DNA from: Octopus vulgaris | Lineage: Eukaryota | Direction: 5' to 3' | Assembly: GCA_951406725.2 (NCBI GenBank) | Contig: OX597832.1 | Span: 9,424,001-9,488,000, forward strand | Length of the DNA stretch: 64,000 nucleotides | In this document: in pieces, positions 54,581-64,000 of the stretch | How the letters are laid out: each line of letters opens with the position of its first letter | Numbering within the stretch: the stretch's first letter is position 1 | The notes under the pieces: model-generated | Told to the model about the DNA's origin: nothing | The model's database searches: none | Seen by the model: only the letters and a program-made list of their open reading frames with translations | Translations under genes and position numbers: made by a program

Positions 54581-54915
54581 TTTTGCCCCCACCCAAGACC
54601 ATAGCTATAATCCACATTTTTATTATGTTCCACCACAATCTTCCCCATGTGTTTTAATTTACATGTTTTTATTCTTTTATACATATTCTTACATTTTTCA
54701 TTTTTCCTCTTAAATTGTGTGAATTTATACGTGTGTGTGTGTGTATGTATATATATGTATATGAGTGTAAATCTGTGTTCGGTGCATATGTGCGAGTTTG
54801 ATGTACACGTCCCCTTCATTTATACGGATATGCATATGTTTGTATACATGCGGCTGTAGGTGTGTGATAGGAGGATGTGTATATGTGTGTGTGCGCGTGG
54901 AACTGTGGATGTATG

Positions 54916-54974
<59 letters not shown>

Positions 54975-55269
54975 GTATATGTATACGCATAAATGTCTAA
55001 ATATATATGTATTGTGTTACGTCTATGCATGTACAGACGTATGTGTGTATGTATGAGGACATACATGCAAACATGTTTTCGTGAGTATGTACATGTACGT
55101 ACAAATATTGTAAGTATGTAAACATTATGAACGCAGGTGGTTTATGTCTATGTATCGTGAGAATATGTTTGTGCATGTTTTCTTTATTTTCTTTACTTTT
55201 TTACTTTTTCTACCTATTAAAGTAAATTCCCTATTATCCAATGGTCTTTCATAGTGTCTATTGCCACGA

Positions 55270-55328
55270 ATAGTCGACAAGATTGCATAGTATCTCTTCG
55301 CTCTGACATTCGAAACTACGAGTACTAT
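55270..55328 (+). ncRNA. Degenerate type I hammerhead ribozyme downstream of the GIY-YIG remnant
   Basis: ATAG-tcGACaA-gattgcatag..ctctgacattc-GAAA-CT-acg-A-GTA-CTAT: stems I and III are perfect, the first core box is mutated. Confidence 0.6.
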
Positions 55329-55372
55329 AATGACAGTTTTTTACTGTATGTTCGAAATTATAACATATATAT

Positions 55373-55445
<73 letters not shown>

Positions 55446-55959
55446 CGCACACGCTCACATATGATGTGTGTTTTACACTTTTGCGAATACCGTCTATTTT
55501 GCTTATGTCAAATCTATTTCGTCCTCTTGACAAGGGGCTCCACTTTGGCGAAGATGAACAACAAACGAGTGCATTATTTACTTTACCTTCTTCTAATACA
55601 AGCGCAACGCAAGCAAAAATAATCGTCGACTTGAGATTAGCATTAATCCTGCCTGAGCTTCAACTTCTATACATTCAAGACTAAACAAACCATGTTGTCA
55701 TAAGGATTTTTTGCCGTTGATATGTGAGGTAAACAGAAAGGTTCAAATAATTACCTGCTTTCAGAGGATTGAAACATAAGTTGTACTTGAAAGGCATGTG
55801 CATTACTCTACGTCAAATAGCAAAGTTAATACCATTCGTAAAACAAGAATACTTTGTTATGAACCTTCCATTAACATGACTATAGAAGAGACGCTACTTT
55901 ACTGGGGATGACAAATATTAGTAGTTCTTTGTTGTTTAGGTGAAGGCATTTCGAGGTGG

Positions 55960-56230
55960 TATTCAGTTGACGATCGTAGTTTCTTGAATGTGATACCTTG
56001 CCACATATTAAGTCTTTGAGCGGAACATTTAATTTCACCTTGCTCCACTCCACTCAGCCAGCAAAAATAAGATGTACCTGTATTTCAAATGAACAGTCTC
56101 ATCCCATTCTATGTCATTCTGAATCTCCTTGAGCACTACGTTAAGGTACACATGCCAGTCACTTTCTCTGCCACTTGCACGTTAATTTCACTAGCAAACT
56201 CTTCCGTTCATCGTAACCGACGGAATGCTT
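55960..56230 (+). mobile_element. Old SINE family G
   Basis: atttcaccttgctccactccactcagc..gagcactacgttaagg..ccacttgcacgttaatttcac. Confidence 0.5.
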
Positions 56231-57394
56231 TTTCTTGTCACATATGCATTTATACACACACATAAATACATACATACAAACATTTATACGGATATGCATA
56301 TGTTTGTATACGTGCGTTTATATATGTATATATATGTATGTGCATGTACGTACAAATGTTTGTACGTATGTAAACATTATGAACGCAGGTGGTTTATGTC
56401 TATGTATCGTGAGAATATGATTGTGTATATTTTCTTCATTTTTTAAAAATATTTTACTTTTTCTACCTATTAAAGTAACTTCCCTATTATACAATTGTCT
56501 TTCATGGTGTCTATTGCTACTAATAGCCACTAATATGTCATATTTCAGTTATCTTTCAAGATTTCTTGACAATAGAGTAAGATCATGTTTCTAACCTACA
56601 TCTAGGGCTCTTTCATTGGTATTTGAACATGTGTATGAAAAAGTGCAGATTTGTTTGTTTTGCGTTTCGTCTGACTTCTCATGCATAACTAGACTTGCAT
56701 AACTAGACATGCCCATATACACTTAAATGATAAAACTCTGGCAAGTTTTACAGATTTTACAATTCCTGTTATGGGTTCGATCTGTAGAATGCAAATCGAT
56801 TCTCCCCTTTCTGGATTTGAGAAGCCTCATTTCTCAAGATTCGTGTTTAAGCAGTGGGTTACTTATCCCAGTGCTCCTATAATGATATGCATGTATGTAC
56901 ATACACACAAAGCAAACCACCACCACCACCACCATCAGAGCGTCATCATCATCATCATCATCACTACCACGACGACCACCACTACCACGAAAAACCATAG
57001 CTAAACGTTATTCTGATATTGGCGTTCGAATCTTATGAACATATTGAGATTGAATAAATAAGAATGAATGAATCCTTATTGCAGTTAGATTCTCACGAAT
57101 TATCTGTTTAGTATATATGGTTTCACTTCCGCAAAATTTTGTTTGTTTCTAAAGAACAAAGAGTCTTGTTTTTCTCATGGCTTCCTTAAATTCACTTATG
57201 CGGGTGTATCTCCCGTATTCAGAATTCAGATGGTTTAAGAATGAAGACGTCCGGCGATAAGGGAAAGCAAAAGCATACAAAAACAAACGTTTTAATTTGT
57301 TGTAGTATATTGAGAATAAATAGACACGTTATTATTTATAGCATCGATGTTTTGCGAGTACCCGGAAATTATTATATAAGGAATTATAAATAGA

Positions 57395-57800
57395 TGTAAG
57401 AGTGGCTGTGTGGTAAGTAGCTTGCTTACGAGCCACATGGTTCCGGGTTCAGTCCCACTGCGTGGCACCTTGTGCAAGTGTCCTCCACTATAGCCTCGGG
57501 CCGACCAAAGCCTTGTGAGTGGATTTGGAAGACGGAAACTTAAAGAAGCCCGTCGTATATATGTATATATATGTATATGTGTGTGCGCGTGTATGTTTGT
57601 GTTTGTCCCCCTAGCATCGCTTGACAACCGATGCTGGTGTGTGTATGCCCCCGTCACTTAGCGGTTCGGCATAAGAGACCGATAGGATAAGTACTGGGCT
57701 TACAAAGAATAAGTCCCGGGGTCGAGTTGCTCGATTAAAGGCGGTGCTCCAGCATGGCCGCAGTCAAATGACTGAAACAAGTAAAAGAGTAACAGAGAAA
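57395..57800 (+). mobile_element. CORE-type tRNA SINE family E, full length
   Basis: gagtggctgtgtggtaag..ggttcagtccca..tggcaccttgtgcaagtg..tail aagtaaaagagtaa. Confidence 0.9.
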
Positions 57801-58312
57801 AGAGAGATGAACTTTTTCGGCCACAAATATTGATTATGAGTTTTCAGATGTGAATTGCGAATTTCATTGAATTTACGCAGAACTAACTGAGCATTCTACA
57901 GAATATGAAGAACGTTCATGTTATACAGCTTTACAGGCCTGGCACATTAAATATCATGTACAATCCTTGTAATATAATAACGAGCGTTGTGTTTTTATAT
58001 ATATGTTTGCCCAAAATCACGCAGAAGGTAGTGGGAGAAAGAGTAGCATAAGTGAAGGGAAAGGAGAGAAAATAGTAATGCAGTATAGGAGAAGTAGTGA
58101 GAGTAATAGCCATAACTCAGGGAGAGTGAGAGAAAATAATGGCAATGAGAGAGAAGAAGCGGCAAATAGACCGTCGTATCTACTATAATAATATTCTTGT
58201 GTTTTTCTCCGTCACAACAAATGAATGAGGTAGAAAGGGGTGATAGATGAATAAGGAAGGAAAGGAGGATGGCAAACCGGTAGTGGGATGATGGAAATTC
58301 TACAGTGAAAAA

Positions 58313-58520
58313 TAAAGTCAAACAGCGTTTCAACTCTGTGTGAATATATGTGTGTGTATGCAAAAGTGAGGTATGTGAAAGTATTTGCGTGTGCAATGGA
58401 AGTGGTATGCTACATATTCAACGCTGTAAAAGAAAATCAAACAGCGTTTCAACTCTGTGTGAGTATATGAGTGTATGTGTATACGTGTACAACGAAAGTA
58501 TGTGAAGGTTTGTATGTGTG
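58313..58520 (+). repeat. Two-unit tandem duplication, about 119-bp period
   Basis: tcaaacagcgtttcaactctgtgtga occurs at 58318 and 58437. Confidence 0.8.
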
Positions 58521-59948
58521 AACCAGTTCTTTCAGTAAAAACCGATGATCGATGTCATATCTTAAAAGAAAACCACCAGATAACATTGACAAGTGTATTA
58601 ATTTAATTTTCCATCCATAATTTATCCCGTATTTAGTCACGGCCAGCTTTATGCGGCCTTAAGATGTACAAGAGGGAAGGAAACTTAAAAATTATTTTGA
58701 AGGAAACAAGCAGTCAAATGATGTTAGTTGCAGAGTGATTTTTCATTAAAAAAGTTGGTAATAAACTAATTATAGAACTAAAAACTTTGTTTTGTACCTT
58801 ATTTATATATAAAACACTACAGTTAGCCCTCATTTTTGACAGCACGGGGCCAGCTAGTTTGTAAAAGTTCTACACAAAGTTTTTTCCATACAATTCCCAC
58901 TACAATGCATGTGTCAACACGAAGCTATAGACAATACCATTTCCAAAAGATACTGCACGGTGAAAAGTGAAAAAGAACTCAATACGTAATGATTGTGAGT
59001 CGAATCTGTTAAACGTTCGGTCATACTGCTCCTACAATATTTAAGTACTTGTAAATTGTTTTACTTCAAAGACGATGTAGCTAACGTTTAAAGTTTACTA
59101 ATGTTTAATTGAGTTATAGTTCAGATTTGGCTTACATTTAAGTAAAATATCTGAAATATGTCTAATAACAGTACATAGAGAAAGGAATAAACATCCTTCC
59201 AAAATATCAAATAGCAAAGTAGTAAAATGATTTTAACAGAAAAAAAAATATGTTCTTTATCCCAGCTGTAAAATGCCCACTTGATCTAACTGAATGTAAA
59301 ATTCAACAAGCCATCTAGAGACTACACTAATGCGTTTCTCCTTTGAACAGAATATTAAATATAAAAAATACGCGAAAAACAAAAGCATAAAACAATATAT
59401 GTATACGCACTCTTAGGATTTTTATGAGAATAATAAGGAAAAAAGCTTATACATAAAGGAATATTAAGGCTCTTAAAAATAGAAGCATACAACTGTATTT
59501 TGCAAGTAACCAGGAAGACAATGGCAAATGGAAAGTATAAAACAAAACTATCAAAACAAAATAATCAAATATGCACAGCTGAATAGCATTGCATCGTTTG
59601 TTTGCAGAGTTACGACTTAAGAAAAAAATACAGTATAATTTAATAAAACGAGCGAAAGAAATGTAAACAAAAAAGTTAAAATTTCCTCAAACATGAAAAA
59701 TTGAGTTATTTTACATTTATCTTATTCTGCTTTACTTCGTGGAATTCTTTCTTGTATTTTTTATTTTTATTTTTATTTTGTATTTTTTTTTCAAAGAGAA
59801 TTTATAAATTTTCGTAAATTTCACTGGAAATTCTTTGAAAGGCTTAATTCCCTTGAGACTGACAGCTAAGACTAAATATCAAAATATTGTGGTTACAGAA
59901 CTTTAATGTTAAAAGAATACAAAAAGGCAATACAGCTATAGCATCAAA

Positions 59949-59951
<3 letters not shown>

Positions 59952-60042
<91 letters not shown>

Positions 60043-60068
60043 AAGAAGAAGACGAAGGAGAAGAAGAA

Positions 60069-60099
<31 letters not shown>

Positions 60100-60241
60100 A
60101 AGAAGAATATTGATGATGATTTTTATGATGATGGTGATGAAAATAATAATAATAAAAATAAAAATATTTAACATAAGAATGAGAAGGAAGTGGGGAGGAG
60201 GATGAGGAAAGATATTCATGATGATGATGATGATGATGATG
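59952..60241 (+). repeat. Compound trinucleotide array (TAA)n(GAA)n(GAT)n
   Basis: Seen directly. Confidence 0.95.
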
Positions 60242-61450
60242 CAGCTGCTGAAGGGTATGTGGATGATGTACAAATGCACATAAAATGAAAGTCGGCTTCA
60301 TACATTTGCCATTTATATATAATATATATATATATATGCATTATTTGATATATACATATGGTTTTAAGCAACGATTCTTAGATTCTTAAATCTAAGTCCT
60401 AAGGATGTACAAAAGATGCGTGCATTACATGCAACTAAAATCTTATTTGTAATTTGCGAGTGTACATATAATAGCTGTTACATTAAAGGGATTAAAATGT
60501 GTGCGCTTGGAAGTATGTGTCTGTCTATTATCTATACATAAATAACATGAGTATATGGAAATAGATATGTATATATATATTTAAGTACATGCATAAAGGA
60601 CCGTACGTTTATATGTGTTCGTGTGTGTATGTTTCTTTGTGTGTCTACATGTGTGTATATATGTTTGTATGTATCACCTAACCTTAGAATATATCTAATA
60701 TGCAGTGTAAAATTCGACATCAAATTGTATTTGCTGATACTACATTTATGCAAGTAACAATGAGAGTAACAAAGGTTCTTTTTTTTTCAGTTAAATTTAC
60801 TATCGCATCATTACGAAAGAGAATTCGGGAGCATTTTCTTTCATATTCTTAAAAGTTCTCATGTTGTTGATTTCTTGTATATAACGCAAATGTGTTCCTT
60901 TTTGGGAATGTCGTTTACGGGCATATTGAATCATATGATTACCAAGCTATTTCTCCAATTTATGCAATATTATTTCCATCATACTATAAACTGGATCAGC
61001 ATGTTTGAGAGAATACATCTGCCTACATTTCTTACTTTGTCGTATAGGCATATAAGTATGCATGTATATAAAAAGATATATGTATATATGTGCTATCTAC
61101 ACACACACGCACACACTCACATATATATATGATATGATATATGAATACATCTAACTTTATAAATTAATATTTACATATAGATAAATTTCTACGCGTGTTT
61201 GTATTTAATATCAGCGAAAATTTAGTCACCAGTTCAATGCAAGTAGATTTCCTTGTAAAACCATATTTGATATATCTTTTCATGTATGTCCCTTGCCCCA
61301 CAAAATGAATTATTTTATATGCATACATACCATGTATCTATGTAAGCTGATACGATTTATAAGAATTATACATATGTTATAAAATAAGACGAATGAGAAT
61401 ATATGTATACATGTGTATGTGAGTAGATCTATATTTACCTATGCACGCAT

Positions 61451-61527
<77 letters not shown>

Positions 61528-61689
61528 AGGTGCAGGAGTGGCTGTGTGGTAAGAAGCTTGCTTCCCAACCTCATGATTCCGGGCTCAGTCCCGCTACATA
61601 GCACTTTGGGAGAGTGTCTTCTACTTTAGCTTCGGGCTGACCAATGATTTGTGAGTGGACTTGGAAGACGGAAATTGGAGATGCCCGTC

Positions 61690-61728
<39 letters not shown>

Positions 61729-61950
61729 CGTGTGTGCATGTGAATGTGTGTGTGTATATGCATGTGTGTCTATGTATGTCTCCCAACCTTTGCGTCACAA
61801 CCGATGTCAGTGTGTTTACATACCCGTAACTTAATGGTTCGGCAAAACACATAAATGAAGTAAGCTACAAAGAATAAGTTCCGTAGTCGAATTGATGCTT
61901 CAGTATGACCGCAGCCAAGTGAGTGAAGTGAATTAAGGAATAAAAGAATA
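61528..61950 (+). mobile_element. CORE-type SINE family E, diverged full-length copy
   Basis: Collinear with 57395-57800. Confidence 0.85.
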
Positions 61951-61969
61951 GACATATACACACACGCAT

Positions 61970-62000
<31 letters not shown>

Positions 62001-62020
62001 CACGTATGCATATATATGCA

Positions 62021-62079
<59 letters not shown>

Positions 62080-62604
62080 GTATATATGTACCTATGTATA
62101 TGCATACACACACACATATGTTTACGTAAGTATAGTAATAGTAATAATAATCCATGTATGGAATTCATAAATGCTTTAATTCGTCGCTCAGATTCTTTCC
62201 TCATATCTCCTGTTTCTTGTGATCATAATCCCTATTCCTGAAATAATTACAGAACAATACGTACTTTCCATGGACATCGGATGGATTGTAGTGTATGCGT
62301 TCATTTCATCAGGCGATATAGCATTAAACTACAATAATCGAATATGTAAGTGAAGATGTTTAGCAATGTTCATTGCGGTATGGGGGTAGTTTGTATATAT
62401 TTGTTTGGGAAGAATAGATATTGATGGAAAGAGAGAACCGTATGGTAATAATAAATCGGAGAGAGGAGTGTGTGATGATGCTAGCCTAATTTTGATATTT
62501 GTGATGTACAGATTGACAGTATAGTTCATTTCTTTGATCTTAGTCACAGCAGACACTCCTGCAGTATAAACGTGTATACATACACACATACGTACGTACA
62601 TACA

Positions 62605-62640
<36 letters not shown>

Positions 62641-62664
62641 CACGCACACACCCTCACATATATA

Positions 62665-62960
62665 TATAGGGGGGAGAATTCCCAAAAAAACAAAAGACGA
62701 ATACATGTGGTGTAGACAACAAACAGATGTATTAGTTTAACGCTCGGGAAGTGGAAAAGTCTTTAATGTTTCGAGCTTACGCTCTTCCACAGAAAATAAT
62801 ACAGAAGGAAACAGAGAGAGAAAATAAAGAATGAGTAGTGGCTAGTGATTTATTATGGCGAATTCCAGACAGAAGAGTCACACAGGAGCGCTAGGAAGAA
62901 GAGGAGATAATGAAGTAATGGTGATCACAAAACAAAGGTGCGCGTGGGTTTGCATAAGAG
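62665..62960 (-). mobile_element. pLTR/retrozyme-like repeat related to family A, with hammerhead-like motif at 62761-62796
   Basis: Minus strand: tttt-CTGTGGA-a-GAGC-gtaa-GCTC-GAAAC-aTTA-aaga, then ttcccgagcgttaaactaatac; ends at (TA)n. Confidence 0.6.
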
Positions 62961-63042
62961 AGTATGTATGTGCGTGATGAAGAGGGCCTCCTCATTTTCG
63001 AGGGAAGCCAGTGTGTTAAAACATGCCATTGGATTCTGCATA

Positions 63043-63650
63043 TTAAACCTATTTTTGTATCACTCTTACTTATCACAATGAAGGGGCAGTTTTATGATAT
63101 CCAAGCAGTAAGTCACAGCAGATCAGTATATTGGTGAGAGTTAACTGGTTCCTCGCACACTTTTTAATTTCGCAGTTTTTCAGTAATTTCAAACGTGTTT
63201 GTGTGTGCTGAGTGACATCATTCTCTGTCATATGAACGGGTTTTTCTGCAGTAGCTAATTTCCGGTTTATGGCATAAATGTGCTGTTTTCAAGGGTTCTA
63301 ATTTAAATATTGTCGCTTTAGCGTTTTTATCGAGGCCCAACTAGATATATCGCAATGTCGTCAGAAATCTTTTTCTTATTATAGCTCAATGGCATTCCAT
63401 TTTTGCCAAATTTCATGGAAAATTAAAATCATATGTGTAAAAGACGTAATTGATTGATTCGTTGCATATTCTGTAGATCATTCGTGTCACTTAACAGCTT
63501 ATTTCAGTGAACGGCTATGAAGCAATATAAAGCTTTTGATAGGGAATCGCTTCGTAAAATGCCTCATTTTCTTTCACTGGCATCAGCGTTTGCAGTATTT
63601 GCCTCTGAATTCAATGTTAGAGTTTTAATTTCAGAGCTTTACAATATTTA
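63043..63650 (-). mobile_element. Possible piggyBac-like transposase remnant, internally deleted
   Basis: Minus-strand relics RKRFLTTLRYI (MSRNRF..ILRYL-like) and KNCEIKKCARN (Cys-rich C-terminus); ttaa at 63043. Confidence 0.4.
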
Positions 63651-64000
63651 ATAGAAAACCACTAATAACCGTAGCGATATTGTGGATCTCCCAATATTTC
63701 TCAATGTATTTATAGTGTAAGATCTTCATGGCTTTTTATTCAAATCATGCAATGGAAATTTTATTGTATCATTCACGACAGTTCTCTACCATCATTTTAT
63801 TGATAAAAAGCCGATTTTTACACCCTTACAAGATTCTTTTACAAACTTTTTTAGCAATATAATCTCAACCATCGTAAAAATATCAATGTATTCAGTAATA
63901 ATGGTTATAAAGTTTTATTAGACTCATAACATTTGGGCAGTAAGTTATTATTGGCCAAGGAGGGATTTTATCCTAGGGTCAGGTATGCAGGTTTCTGACA

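Larger units (their letters stand above)
54815..56528 (+). repeat. Dispersed direct repeat: 54819-54852 plus 55090-55273, repeated at 56283-56527
   Basis: Near-identical gtaaacattatgaacgcaggtggtttatgtctatgtatcgtgagaatatg..ctacctattaaagtaa..gtgtctattgc.ac.aatag. Confidence 0.85.

Noticed and set aside
58313-58545. Minus-strand CTGAAAGA..GAAACGCTGTT as a hammerhead in the tandem unit
   Set aside because: Core spacing is wrong, the triplet context is unclear and stem I does not pair.

Overview
AT-rich eukaryotic non-coding DNA, either intergenic or a large intron. The SINE families and dense (TA)n/(CA)n/(TAA)n microsatellites suggest an octopus (coleoid cephalopod) genome; this is recognition from memory, not a database result. 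No intact host gene is visible, and most supplied ORFs are microsatellite translation artefacts. The window is mostly decayed transposons: maT and mariner elements, Chapaev3-like, piggyBac-like, Helitron, CR1-, RTE-, Tx1/L1- and R4/Dong-like LINE fragments, and several tRNA-derived SINE families. The most notable signal is at least nine relics of minimal type I hammerhead ribozymes (CUGANGA..GAAAC..GUH), from about five sequence families. They lie in Penelope-like pLTR/retrozyme-type repeats, mostly next to (TA)n tracts. The best-preserved pair sits in the 388-bp arms of an inverted repeat (53182-54009) beside a GIY-YIG endonuclease remnant. There is also a perfect 246-bp palindrome and a transposon apparently split by a local inversion. 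All alignments were done by eye, so boundaries are approximate.
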